DNA of 64,000 nucleotides from the NCBI RefSeq assembly GCF_009914755.1, contig NC_060930.1; one strand, 5' to 3'. The translations under genes and the position numbers were made by a program. Position 1 is the first letter of the stretch; the number at the start of each line of letters is the position of its first letter. This stretch comes from the human T2T-CHM13v2.0 reference genome, Homo sapiens. The notes under the pieces are model-generated. The model made no database searches and was not told the DNA's origin. It saw nothing but the letters and a program-made list of their open reading frames with translations. Positions 13,033-27,276 of this stretch are shown one piece after another.

Positions 13033-15614
13033 GAGCTATTTAGCCTTTTCTTGATAGAGGACGTAAAGGAGAGTGTTAATTACCCCATTCTGGAGAATTC
13101 AACTTACAATGGAAAACATGAAGGAGAGCTGTTTAACATCTGCATAAAACACTTGTTTCCTGGTCCTTCTAATGATGCATTCAGGTATGAAAAATGTTTT
13201 CTATTTACTTGTTCAGAATTATTTTAAATAAAGGAAGAAAATCACAGCAGCTTCCTGCTTCGGAGGCCCACAGAGTTGCAGCCAAATGACTTGCTATTAT
13301 CATAGGTCTTTATGTTTGCTGAATGCTTTTCAGTATATCTGATTGTGAGTATTCACAGCCCTTTCTGGTGGCATGAAGGAGGCTGGTGTTGCTCTTGTGC
13401 AGATTACAAAGCTAGAACCAGAGGAAGGGGAAGAAATGATGGCTTAAGCCATTCTTAGAAGTTGGGTTCGAGCCTACAGTTTGTTTTTCTCTTTAAGATC
13501 TGGAAAGGTGAAGAATCTGATGGCAGTGAACCCAGTAATGAATACGATGTTAATATTATAATGTTATTTATTTTATTTACTTATATACTATAGTAATTAA
13601 TTTGTAGTAATTAAGTAGTAAACCTGATAATATCTGATCTAAATGATTAGCATAAAGAACTATGTCAAGATCAAAATTCAGGATGACTAAGAGGTCAGAA
13701 CATAAGATAGTCACGCAGAAGGATGTAGGAATAACCAAGAGAACTGAATGACCTCTCTAAGAGCACCAAGAAACATTTACGCCAGGATACACAAAGAACT
13801 AAGACATTTGAGGGGTTTGGCGATGGTGTCAAGAGGTGCTCGCTGTTTTACATTATTATGTATATGCTGTCCATTTTCTAGAGAGCATAGAGATAGAGGA
13901 AACAAAACTGAGACTTAATCAACATCATGGGATTTAAATATCAAACTATGAACAGATAAAGAATGCATGTGTTTTACACGAGTACTGAGGAAAGACCTAA
14001 ATTGAAGCATGTGTTATTTTACGATAATATTTATTTACTCACAAACATTTGGTAAACATCTTCCTTGTGCTAGGCCATGCATAGATTCTGGGGATACATA
14101 GTGTTTTTCTGATGAACTAGAATGGATGCTAAATTGTATCAGCACAGATAACTCTGAATATCTAGGACTTGCCAGTTTACATTGGCGTGGTGCAAGCCAT
14201 AGATCTTTGGACATATTGTCTTCTCCCAGATCATCAAAGGCCAAGATTTTCCAGGATAACTGGGAGCAAGTCGGTATTAGATTCTGCACTGACTCCACGA
14301 ACCAAGGTGTTTCAGGGATATTAGGATAATTTTAGGGCAATGGAGTTTGATTTGGAAAGTTGGCTTTGCACAGCCACTCCCCAGATGGCCCTGGTCTAGA
14401 TCACCCCTTCATGTCAGTTTTTATGGACAAGGCTTCCCCTCGGATACCTCTGGCATTAGGGAGGCACAGATGTACTTCTCTGCAGCTGTACTTTCTAGAA
14501 ACCAGGTAAGGATAATGACCAAGAGCCACTTGAAAGGCAGGTAGGTATAGATGATGAGTAACTGCCTGGGGCCTTTTAAAAGCTAATATTTATAAACATA
14601 TATTACTTGGCTGGGCATCATACAAACCAATTTAAACCAATTCTGTGCTTTCTCTAGGGCAGATGTGCAAACATCAGAAGCATGTAGAGCCCAGGGAAAG
14701 CATGCAAACACTGATCAAGTGCACAGCGCTGTGTGACTTTTGTCACTTTTCATGATGTATAAGCACAGCTGCCTTTTTTAGGAATCGTGAGCTGGAGTCG
14801 TGAGCAAAGTGTTGCAGGAGTAGCATTTTTCAGGAGAGTGAGGTGCTGATGAGTGTTACCCTCTCTGGTAGTCAGGAGAGGATCATTGAGGGGGTGGTTT
14901 TTGAGAGTTGGTTTAAGGTAGAAAGGGAGGGAACCTGCCATCTGGAAGTGTGATGATGTTCCAGGCATTGGGTACAGCTTCTTAAAGTGGCCTTTGCTTC
15001 TGGAGTAAATGAAAAAAGGGGACATTTAGTTAACTTGACTGAGAGAAGCTGAGAGAGCCAGGCTGTTGAGAGCACTTGATTAGCTGTCAGATACCATTCT
15101 CCCTACAGTTTCTTGGCCTCCCAGCCCTGAAGAACTGTCAGTAAATATTGCCATACAGGATCGATTCCATTTAATCTTTTCCAAACCACAACTGTGCAGT
15201 AGGTGATGGCATCATCATTTCACAGACGAGTAAACAGAGGCCCAGGGAACTTAAGCAGTTTGTGTGCCAAGTATTTAAAAATTACTGTGTGTTTACATAT
15301 CACATATGAATTCACACACACATAGATGGTGGGGATTACGAATGCAAGGCATGTTATTTTTTGAGTCCTTTATTCCAGTCACAGTATTATAAACTGTGAG
15401 GACAGCCAAAAGACAAATTCCCCTTTTTTGAGGAATTTCCAATATGACCAGTCTTTATACAATAAGTAGGAATGAAAAGAATAAAAGCAACATTAAAAAT
15501 GCATGAAGAACACTGAAGCACCCAGAAGATTTCAGTGTGGCCAGCCTGGGACAGGGCTATGCAGGAGAACTTTTGAGCGGTGAGATTGGAGCCAGTTTTT
15601 GTAGTTAGAAATGG

Positions 15615-15937
<323 letters not shown>

Positions 15938-16414
15938 CTATATGTATTCAGAAGAAGCACAGATAGATGAAGAGTGCCCAGTCCGTGAAGGGCCTTGAGT
16001 AGAAGCACATGATGTAGTTCATATTCTCTTCATGACTCCCCAGGTTCTTAAGGGAAGTATTTTTAATGAAAACGATGAACAAAAAGCATCACGATTACAT
16101 GAGATTAGAACTGGAAAACATAAAATCTGTGAAGGTGACTAATATAAAACAATAAGAAAGAGATCAACTTTTAGCAACCTTTTTTCCGCAAAGTCCAATT
16201 CCTGGCAACATGGTTGACACTGAAATGTTGGATAAACATAAATGGAATAAATGGATTATGATAGTGATTGGGAATGTATACGATATGAGCTAAAATATAG
16301 ATTCTTGATACAGAAGAGACATATTGAAAGAAAAACTTTGTCTAAAATTAAAAATATTAAATTATTATTGTCTCAGTAAAATCTGGAGATTCTATGGGGA
16401 GATAGGGAGAGCAT

Positions 16415-16940
16415 CTATCAATCAGGGTCCAGTTGCAGAGGATGGAATCCACCCGTCTATTTTAAACAAGAAGGAATTTGTTACAGAGCCATGGTAAGTG
16501 GGCCTCAGAACCATTGCACAGCTGAAGTAGTAGACTCTAAACTGAGCTTTCATGAACAACTCTCAAACTCAAAGCTGCTCCCAGAACTGGGGCCCCACAT
16601 TGATGCTACCATAGCAACTTATTAAGAAGCTATTAGGATCAGGAAGGCACTGCCATCAGGACCTGCCTCGGCACCAAGGAGTGGATCCTTTCATCGGCTC
16701 CATAACTGCTCCTGTCTGCACTAGCAAAATGGATGGGATTTTTTTGACACCACATAGTTAGGGGCAGAAAACTGGGACCTCAGCCACAGAAAACTGATGC
16801 CTCCAAGACTGTGCTTGACTGTAGGAACAGCAGAAGTGGCTGCTCTCTCACAAATCTCTTAGGAAGGCATTTCACTGACCAAGCCAAAGTTACCTTTTGG
16901 TCTGTGGCTCCAAAGAGGCCAGCTTCCAGCACTTTGCAGC
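16415..16940. mobile_element. Old MaLR (MLT1-type) LTR remnant
   Basis: 'tatcaatcagggtccagttgcagaggatggaatccaccc...ttaaacaagaaggaatt' resembles MLT1 termini. Confidence 0.45.
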
Positions 16941-18319
16941 AAAGGCAGGTATGTCCACACAGAGAGGGAGAAGCAATGTAGCAGCAAGTATCTGGAAGGA
17001 AGAAATAGTTGGTATTTTGTTTGCATATGATAACAAACACTGGTTTCATTTGATTCCTAGTATTAGGCATTTTGTTTTCAGAACATTTTAATACAATTAT
17101 TTGTGAAGGGAAGGTAACAACTTATAGAATTGAAAACAATGATGGAACGTTTACATTAACAAGAGAAAAAAAGGTAATAAGCTGAAACTCTACCTAGCCA
17201 GCAAATAGTAGAGGAAAAGAGGAGAAACCAACAAAGTAAACTAAATTGTAAATATAAAATAAGAAAAAAAAATGAAAAAAAATCAAGTGCACCATTGCTA
17301 CATTAAAATGTAAAAGGACTAAATACCCCATGTAAAGAAAGATTAGGAATGTGTTGGATCAAAATAAAAGCACACATGAGTTGCTTACAAAAACTATACT
17401 TTAAGCAATATTTCTTAAAGGTTAGGGAAGTGAAAAGATGAACAGAAATATACAAGACAAAGAGCAAACAAAATAAAAACACTAAGAGCAATTTGTATTG
17501 GAATGAAAGCATAAAATAGTAGAAAGAGGAGCAATTTGTAAAGTCATAAACTTCCATGTCCAAATAACACAGCAACTATAAATGCATTTTTAAAAACTGT
17601 CACAATGCAGGAAGCATTGATTAATAATTTGGTTTTATAGTGGTATATTTTAATGAGTAGATAGTAGATAACAGGTTAGGACAGAGAGGCTTTGATGATC
17701 CAATTTAGAAACTGACTTAGTAGGTATATATCACAGAATTTTATATAGAATTTCATGTCCTTTCTCTAGCTTTCTAGTGCCATGAAACATTTAGAAAAAT
17801 TAGTCAAGTACTTGGCCTGGAGAATAGCTTGAAAAATTCAAAAGAGCGTTTACAGACCACATTCTTTAAGTATTGCCCAATAAAACTAGAAATAAGTATT
17901 AAAATATAACCAAAAATTTTAACAACTTGGAAATTAAGAAACACACTTGGGACAAAGATAAAATCAGAATGAAATTCTGAACTATCTAGAAAACAATGAA
18001 AAGGAGAACACTTCAAAATCTATGAGACGAAGAGAGACTGCCAATAATAAAAGTTGATACATAAGAAACTAGAAAAAAAATACACCAAAAGAAAAGATAA
18101 TTTAAAAAGATGGAAGCAGAGATTAATGAAATGGAAAATAGCAACAACTAAAATAGTAGAATGGATAAATAAATTCAAAAGTTAATTTGGGGTAATATAC
18201 AAACCCCCTCTGAAACCTTTCTCTAGAGAAAAGTTAGAAATGAGAAAACAAACATAACCAAAATATTGAAGAAATTCTAGAAGATAGAGAATACCATGTA
18301 TAACTTTTTGGAAATTTGA

Positions 18320-18612
18320 TTTTTTTTTTTTTTTTTTTTTGAGACAGAGTCTCACTCTGTCGCCCCGGCTAGAGTGCAGTGGCATGATCTCGGCTCACTG
18401 CAACCTCTGCCTCCCAGGTTCAAGCAATTCTTCTGCCTCAGCCTCCTGAGTAGCTGAGATTATAGATGCGCGCCACCACGCCCGGCTAATTTTTGTATTT
18501 TTAGTAGAGACGGTGTTTCACCATGTCGATCAGGCTGGTCTCGAACTCCTGATCCACCTGCCCCGGCCTCCCAAAGTGCTGGGCTTACAAGCATGAGCCA
18601 CCGTGGCTGGCC
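18320..18612 (-). mobile_element. AluS
   Basis: Antisense dimeric Alu; TSD-like ggaaatttgattttt / ggaaactagattttt. Confidence 0.95.
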
Positions 18613-18638
18613 TGGAAACTAGATTTTTAAACCTAGAG

Positions 18639-18860
18639 CAGGGATCTGCAAACTTTCTCCGTAAAGACCAGAGAGTAAACGATTTAGGCTTTTTGGATCA
18701 TACCGCCTCTGTCACAACCACTCAACTCTGTCATTGTAGCACAAAAGGAGACTTAGACATTGTAATATCAAATGGGTATGACTGTGATCCAACAAACTTT
18801 ATTTATGAAAATAGGCCATGGGTGGATTTGGCCTGCAGGTCATAGTTTGTCAAACCCTGG
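18639..18860 (+). mobile_element. MER58A (hAT-Charlie)
   Basis: Terminal inverted repeats 'cagggatctgcaaact' ... 'agtttgtcaaaccctg'; internal 'actcaactctgtcattgtagcacaaaag'. Confidence 0.85.
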
Positions 18861-21800
18861 ACCAGAGGAACCCAGTATAGCAAAATATAAACTACCAAAA
18901 TTGAGCTAGGGAAAATTTAAAACTTGAATAGATGAATTAATATTATATTTAGTGTAATTTCAGTTAAAGTCCCAACAAAGATATTTTGAAATTAGATTGT
19001 GCTCTTAGAGCATCTATTGAAGAATAAACTGTGACACATGACAAAGTGTTATGATAACTATAAGCGGAAGAAATTGCCTTATGTGCTGTTAATATGTACC
19101 ATAAAGCCATCTTTATCAAAACGGTGTGACGTTGACACCATAGCTAAGCACTATGTGACACCACATAGTTAGGGGCAGAAAACTGGGACCTCAGCCACAG
19201 AAAAGTCAAAATGTGACTTTTATTGTATGCCTTATAAAGTTAATTTTATATAGATTAAAATCTTAACCAAAAACTATAACACAATGTAAATATTCACAGA
19301 AAAATGAGATGATCAAGTACAACGTAGTAATTGGGGTGACTGTTTCAGCCAAGGGATTGGAAATGCAAAGGTACAAAAGAAAAAAATAGGCATTTTATCC
19401 TTTATGAAAATGTTAAATATTTGCAAGAAAAAATATATCATCAAATTTAATAGACAAACAATAGGTGGGAGAAAGGATTGCATTGCATATACCAGTTAAT
19501 AGATTAATATCAATACAATATGAAAAAAATCTAATAATTTGATAGAGCAATAGAAAAATAGGCAGATAATTTGAATGAGTAATTTACAGAGAGCAAAAAT
19601 AACTGGCCAGCCGTGTATGAAAAGTCTTAACTATATAAGGAAATGCAGATTTAAGTAACAATATGGCATTATGCTATATCCCTTGGACAGGCAAAATATT
19701 AAAAGTATGATAATTCCAATTGCTGGCAAGGATAGAGAAAGAGTAGTTTCATGTCTTGCTGGTAGAAATGTGAATTACTACACTCTTTTTGGAAAATAAT
19801 CAGGCAACAGCTAATAAAATTTAAATTCTTCTCCTGGAACTAAAATTAGCTTAAGTAATGATACGTGTACAAAAATTATGCATTGCAGCACTGGTTATAG
19901 TAGGGTAGGCAGACCCTCTCTTCAGAAAAAAATAAAATAAAATAAATATCCATCAAAAGAGCAATGTTTGAATACATGCGGTATTTGCTTACCATGAAAT
20001 ATTCAGCAGTCTTTTAAAAGAATGAATTTTAACTCCAACATTTGGCACATACATTTAGTATGAATGGTGAAGATTAACAAGATGGAGAGGAGTTTATAGA
20101 ATATGAAATCATTTTTGTCAAACAGTGGCAAAGACTCTGGTATGTGTATGTATAATTATATATACTGTAGTGTGTATGTATAATTATGTTGTAAATGTGT
20201 ATGTACACACATACACACACACATTGCCAAAGAATAAATGAAATCTTGTTTTATTTTAAATCCAGAAAGTGTCAGATGCACTTTTATTTGTAATCCCCCC
20301 TTAAAGAGAAGATATTAGTTAAACTACCCTCTCAAACACTGGGAAACTAAACTGAGATTTTTTTTTTTTTTAATGATGTCGAGGAACACAGCATTAGCTG
20401 GGGTATGGTGGAGAGTGGGAGAGCATTTACATTTAAGAATAATTAATAGAGATCTTGTTTTAGACGTTTCTATTGAGAAGAGGTCCTGGTTTTATGGCAT
20501 CACCTATTGAATGGGAGTATCCCATAGTTAGCCAAGCATATATTAATTAGTACATTCCGCCAAAGCCTTCAGCTTCTTAGGTTTTGGAACCAGTTACCAT
20601 ATTTGGAAAAAACCAGTGACTCAAATGGAAACTTTACAGTGCTTCTCTCCTCTGTTAAGATATCCACGTCATCAGCTTGTTATCCAAGTGGAAAGGCACA
20701 TTTTTATCCTTCAGTGGATCTGTCTTCTTCACCTAGTAAGAGCTGATTCTTCCTCCCACAGCTGTGTTCTTAGTGTAGCTAAAAGTGGGTGCACCCATCC
20801 TGTTTACTCCTACCCTTACCTTCTTGAAAAGAGGGAATAGATTGGTAGTATGTGAACATTTAGATACAATGTGAAACAATAAAATTAAATATCCTTCTTA
20901 GAAGTGGTTTTCAGACTTCTCAAAAACTGACACAGGGTAACAAATACATTTTATATCACATTGAGTTGTGTTGGTGTGTGCATGCCTGTGTGTGTGTGCA
21001 TATAAAATAATGAACAAAATTTTATGAAATGTTACTTGTTCTTATTATATGCATTCCAAACAATTCCTACTCTCTTCTAGTCTACTTTATTTTATCTCAT
21101 TTAAAAAATACTGATCACAGCACACTGAGTTGGCTTAGTAACCCACTAAATGGGGTAGTGACCTGCAGTTTGAAAACATACTGCATCAAAGGACTCCTAT
21201 CAAAGTGGCATGCATGGCATTCCATGGTCAGAAGATTTTCACTGGACTGGAGAGACAGTTGCTCAGTGAGGTCAAATACAGACCTAGGCATGTTTTACTT
21301 TATTTCACATATGCCAATAAGGTCAGCTTATGTGAAAGACCTTCTGACAGCAGGTTCCTTAAGGTAGTTTTAAGTTTACCTTGGGCCAAAGCCTTGCAAT
21401 ACTTTTAGAGAATTAGCTTAAGCTAGAGGCAAATAAATTTTAACTGCTGTGGTAGATGCCTTAGCTAACGATTTTTCTCCTACAGTTGGGACTGTCATGA
21501 GAAGACTGGTCATCTTGGTATAAATAGAAGGCATCTCAGTTGATTTCAACTCTGCCCTAAGCTTTCTTGGATTCCTCTCCCATTTAGGCTTTAAAAGAAT
21601 AAGCTAAAGTTGGAAAAAGAATTTCCATATGAAACTAAGCAACACTTAAGTATATTCTTTTATAATAATAACCCCAGTTGGGCATATTGACTACTTAATT
21701 CTTCATAATCAGTAGAGATCAGTTGTACACTGTTCTAAATACAGGATTTGTGTGGGTCATAAGAACAGAGGTGACTTATGTACAGGCATTTAAAGTGGAA

Positions 21801-22866
21801 GTGTTTGAAAATCTGGCTCATACTTTGACTACAAAGTAAAATGATGTGTGTTATATCTAACTGGATTTGGGAGCAAAGAATTTCAAAAAGCCAGTGGAAA
21901 CTGGACTCTGCCTGTGGCCTCTTTTACAATATACCTAATTTAAGATGTGTATAAGACACATTTTTAGATATTCACTAGGAAAACAAAGGCTTTTCTATCC
22001 TGTCATTTACTTAATTTTTTTAACCTAACTTATTTTTCTGAATGATTAACATTGATGCCTTTGATTGTGTGGGTGTTGTCAAAAGAGAGTTCATCACATG
22101 GGGAAAGGTTGGCAACCTCTCTCTGCTTGGTACTTTTCCATGAGCCTCCTTTCACTATTCTCATTGTTATTTCCTTTTCACTCTGAAGTAGTTCCAAATC
22201 TGATATTGAAGGAACTCGATTTTATTTTACATGAATATTTGAAGTAAATTGAGCCACTTGTGTTTTAAGGTTTGTTTAGTATGCACTACACAGAGAAGAA
22301 TATAAAGTAAAAGCAATAGCAATAATAACTTAGGTTTGACAAAACACATAACAAAAAAGGGTACTTTGAGACACAGAAAGTCAAATTATAGGTAACCCTA
22401 AAACTCACCTTTCCACTTTCCTTTCTTTACTAGAATTCTCTACCAACATTGGGGTGTCGGTGGTGGTTAGGACAGAAGGAAGTATAGATATAGCTATCTG
22501 CTTCTAAGACATTTGCCATGTCTTTCTATGGCTGAAGACAACTTCAAAGTAACTAAAAGTGCCACTGGAAATAGTTTCTGTGAACTATATTGATCATAAT
22601 TTGAAGAATTTCTACCAGCTGTGACTTTGTGAATGGCAGGAATTCTTAGTTTGTAGGACTGTCAAAATATGACCCCAATTTTGTGACCAGACCCAAATGA
22701 AGCCGACCGTTGTCCCTGGTGGTCCATTTTCTGTTAGGTTCTAGGTCATTTTTTTCTGAAAACAGTACTGAAGTTGGTAGCTTGTGGGAGTCACTGCAAC
22801 AACCAAACTGATAACGGGAACCCATGAGACTCAGAGCCATGAAGACTGTCCCAGCACGCTTTACAG

Positions 22867-23374
22867 CAGCAGTCCCTAACCTTTTGGGTACCAGGGACTG
22901 GTTTCCTGGAAGACAGTTTTTCCACAGACGAAGGTTGGGGGATGGTTTTGGGATGACTCAAAAACATTACATTTACTGAGCACTTTATTTCTATTATTAT
23001 TATATTGTAATATATAATGAAATAATTATGCCACTTACCCTAATGTAGTCAGTGGGAGTCCTGAGCTTGTTTTTCTGCATCTAGATGGTCTCATCTGAGG
23101 GTGATGGAAGACAGTGACACCATCAGGCATTAGATTTTCATAGGGAGTGAACAACCTAGATCCCTCAATGTGCAGTTTACAATAGGGTTCGCACTCCTTT
23201 GAGAATCAAATGCTGCCACTGATCCCACAGGTGGCAGAGCTCAGGCTGTAATGCAAGCAATGGGGAGCCACTGTAAATACAGATGAAGCCTTGCTGGCTT
23301 GCCTGCCACTCACCTCCTGCTGTGCGGCCTTGTTCCTAACCGCCTGTATGTAGCCCAGGGGTTGGGGACCCCTG
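22867..23374 (+). mobile_element. MER1A (hAT-Charlie)
   Basis: TIRs cagcagtccctaacc...ggttggggacccctg; 8-bp TSD ctttacag/ctttagag. Confidence 0.9.
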
Positions 23375-24900
23375 CTTTAGAGTATGTTGTACTGAATATA
23401 TCATTCTCTGTTGCTACATCAAGGTAACAATGGCACCATCTACTCTTGTTGTCTTGACTCTACATATTAACTATAGTGATTTGTATATCGTGTAACATTA
23501 TGTGGAATCTTAATATGATTTTAAATTCACTTGTCCTCACAACTACAGTTAACATTTCTCTCTTACATGGAATCATTCCTTGCTGATCTTGGGTTTTCTT
23601 TTCTTGCTGTGGAGTTGCGTTGTTGTTTATTTTGTTCCAGCCACGCTTTCTTTATTCTCAGTAATACTCTTAGCCCAATTTCCTGCTGAATGATTTTGCA
23701 GAAGAACAAATTGTCCTTTGGCATTTGCACCTGTATGTCGCTCATTGTCCACTTGCTTGATGTGTTTCTGTGAAAGGGGGCAGCTTTTCCTTTTCTAAAT
23801 GAAGAAGGGAGAGTCCAAACGTTTTTTTCCAGCTCCCATCAAAATATGGACTTAATTCCTTTTCTTTGATTTTGAAAGGAAATGGTGAAGGGATAATGAT
23901 GTGTTTAAAATTGGGTGAATTGTGTTCTTTCTTCTAACTGAAACAGTGCAGAGGAACCTACCCATTGTGAAATGTTACTTGTGCAGCATTGTAGATGTGC
24001 AAGAACGGCAGTGTTTTCTACTTGGCTGGCTATCCTGGCATATAGTTCATCAAAATAGAGAAACAGGGTGCAGACATTCTGAGTGTAAGACCAAATGAAC
24101 TCTAAGCATGTTTACCTCCCTATCATCTGAGGAGAGAGAGAGCTGGGAGTGAAGGAAGAAGTGAACAACTGTGGAATGTCTCCCTATCCTCAGTGGCCTT
24201 CAGATACCTCTGTTTTTTCTCCCCCTCCCTTCTGTTCATTGGGCACTGACATACCTTGTCATTACAAGCTATTATTATTTTTTAACAAGGTAAGTTCAAG
24301 AAGAAATGAAAAAGAGCCAGTATTCATACTGTGTAATAGCATATGGACTTTGCTATTCTAAAGCAGAATCTAAGTAGAATCAAAAGATTTGAACAAAATT
24401 ATGAATGAAGGACCCTGACATATCTACTAAATAGTCACCAGCTTTCACGATAGCTTCTGTAGCATGCCAGGGGGGAAGAAAGCCACGTTCTTTCCTCACT
24501 GTTCCCTTAGGGCCTTTGTTGTAGGAGAATAGTGGGAGGGGCTGAGGTTGGCTTTGACTACAAGTGGAAATTTTTGTTTTCCTGATGAGCCTGGCACTCA
24601 GGACACTAGACATTTAACTGTAGGTTTATGATTGTCACCCACTCTGCTTTTAATGCCAAGAGTTTCAGAACCCGGCTGACCTGAGCAGAATAAAGTTCTT
24701 TGGGTTCAATCTGCAGCAATCAGAATTTTGAGAACAACAACAAAAAAAATCTTTTTTTTTTTTTTTATCTGGTGTTGCCTCAGCAGGATCCCCGAATGTA
24801 CTTGCTGGTAGCTTAGAGCATAGTCTATGCAGGGGAGGAGAAACCGAGTTGCAGCTGTGATGTGACTCATTCATACTATGTTCTTTTAATGGAGAAAAAC

Positions 24901-24935
24901 CTGCAGTGACATCATCTGGCCACCAGGGGTTGTGC
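24901..24935 (+). promoter_or_regulatory. Candidate CTCF site with upstream (U) module
   Basis: CTGCAGTGAC-atcatc-TGGCCACCAGGGGTTGTG resembles the U motif (TGCAG) plus the core TGGCCACCAGGGGGCGC. Confidence 0.55.
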
Positions 24936-27276
24936 TGTTGCCAGAGAGCCCTTGATTTTATCTGCCCGCAAGTCCTGAGGCAGGAAGTAGCACCTTAACA
25001 GAGAGCCCCATCTTCATTCCTAAGAAAACCAGCATCAGTTTTTTGTTCCCTTTGTTGACTTTCCAACTAGGGCTGAGCCCGCTTTTCTGAATTAATAAGA
25101 ACCAAGAAAGAAAAGGGAACATTAGTCGTGGTTCCAAATACCAACCAAGCACTTTGCTGCATACGGTCGGCTTTGGTGGCGGGCCTGAGTCTGCACCCAG
25201 ATGGACCCATATGGACTCACCTCTCTCACATCTGCACCTGACTTGCACATATACCTTGTTGATAAAGCCCAGTGACAGCTGGATCTATCACAAATGTCCC
25301 ACCTGATTTCTTGGAAGCTTTGATTAGCATCCATGTCCTCCATGGCAAACATTTAATTATAAGGGCTGGTTGTTGATAATAATCATTGCTAACATCTATT
25401 TATTATCCTTATGTGTTAAGCATTGTGCCCAACAGCTTATACAATTTAGTCTCATTTAATCCTCCAAGTAGCTATTTGAGATAGTTACTATTATCTTTCT
25501 TTTGCAGATGAGGAAAGTGAAGCATAGAGAAGCTAACTGTGATGACTGGGATCACTCTGCTGATAATTGTGTTGCTAGGACTAGATTCAGGCCCCTCTAA
25601 CTCTGAAAGCCAACCACTTAAATGATACTTGATTTTCAAGTTGGGGGGATGGAGGCTGTGGCTAAGACCTGTCCCTGGTGGGCTATAGCAGAAGGACTTC
25701 GGGGCTTTTTTGTTCAAACTGCTTATGTTTATGTTCTCCTTTCCTTTCCCTCATCCTTTCCTTCTCCCTCTTCTGATATGCTTTCTGGGTAGGGTGGGGT
25801 GAGGTGTGTCCGTTGCTGTCACACTGAGTCACTGTTCCTCATGGGTGTGCCATAGCCTTCAGGAGTATTGGGATGGGAAAATAGCTGAGAACCAGTAGAC
25901 TCAAGAATGGTTGCAAAAGTCCCAAGCAGCTTTTCTGTGAATTATTGCCTTTGGTGCTCTCTCTGTGATGGCAGAACTTCACAGGCCACCACACTGCTGT
26001 GGGTGCTGAGGAAGGGCAGAAAATAGCCATATATATGGAAAACATATGCCTGTTACAAATATGAAAATATATACATGAAAAGATACCTATGCAACACACA
26101 TACAGATGAAAAATATATGCATATATTTTAAAAATATATGAAAAACAAATATATTAATTCATGTGTGTATATATGTCCTCCTCTCCCAATTCCAGCATCA
26201 GTGTTGGTAAGAGTGCAAGCTGTTATACATTCATTATGCAACTGGTTTTCACTGAGCAACTGCTAGGAGCCTTGCAGAGTGAGCTGGGGCTTTGGTGGTC
26301 ATGAAGCCCTGGCCCGGGGCTTCAAGGAGCTCACAACCCAGTGGGTTTTTGCTTTTCTTGAGGCTAACACTGATGGTTCAATTTATAGATCAAGTCTCTT
26401 CAATCATAATGATTCAGATAAATAGAGAATTTTGTGGAAAAGTCTTCTGAATAGTTTTTTTTTTTTTTTTTTCTAAAAAAACAAAAGGCTGATAAAAGGA
26501 CAAGGCCCCATGCTTTTTAGTTTCTAATAGTAGTGGACTGGAACTACTTGTGGATTTTGAGTTTTTGTTTTTGTTTTACTTAATTATAGGATTAGTTTTA
26601 GGTGTGACTTTTTCCATTTCCTTTGGAAGCGTCTAGTTTGCAATAAATTAGAAATGCCAGCTGACAGCAGGCTAAGATCCAGAAGAACCATTAACTCACC
26701 ATTAACTCTACAGTCTCAGCATTACTGAGCTTTCTGTTTAAAGGTTAAGGCCGTTTATAACTCAACAACCCCTCAGGTCATTCATGAAATACATCGCAGC
26801 ACCAAGAAAGTAGTGTTTTCTTCCTTAAACACATCTCTTATCCCATCATTCTTCTGCTCAAAAATCTGTGCTTCTCTACTGCTTCCAGACTCCTTACCAT
26901 GGAATTCAACGTCGTCTATGATCTGGACCAAATGTCCTTTTTGGCGTATTTCATACTATCCTTAGGTTCCCCTGGAACCCTGACCCCAGGCAATCAAGCA
27001 GCTCTTGGTTCTTTCAATGTACCTGATACTTTGCCAATGATCTTCCATATAAGATGCCCTCTCTACCTCTGTCTAAATCTTATTTTAATATATGTGCTGC
27101 CGAAACGAGAATGAAATCTTCCTACTTTGTAAGACCAAACTCAGACAATATTACCTCTATGAAGATCTTTGGTGTCAGCTATTGGAATTAAATATTCCTT
27201 ATTTGTGTTAATAGCACGTAGTTTAAACCTTGGTTAAAGCATTTAATGTTTTCTTTTCTTATTTATAGTTAGTTGG

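Larger units (their letters stand above)
17100..20130 (+). mobile_element. Highly diverged L1 (L1M) ORF2/3' remnant, interrupted by an Alu and MER58A
   Basis: A-rich strand with 'aaatgtaaaaggactaaatacccc' (endonuclease start region), 'caaaacggtgtgacgttgac', 'ggaaatgcagatttaagtaacaat' and 'tgctggtagaaatgtgaatt'. Confidence 0.75.

Noticed and set aside
24176-24289. ATG-initiated alternative first coding exon (MSPYPQWP...)
   Set aside because: Ends in phase 0, whereas exon 2 needs phase 1, so it cannot extend D53 in frame.
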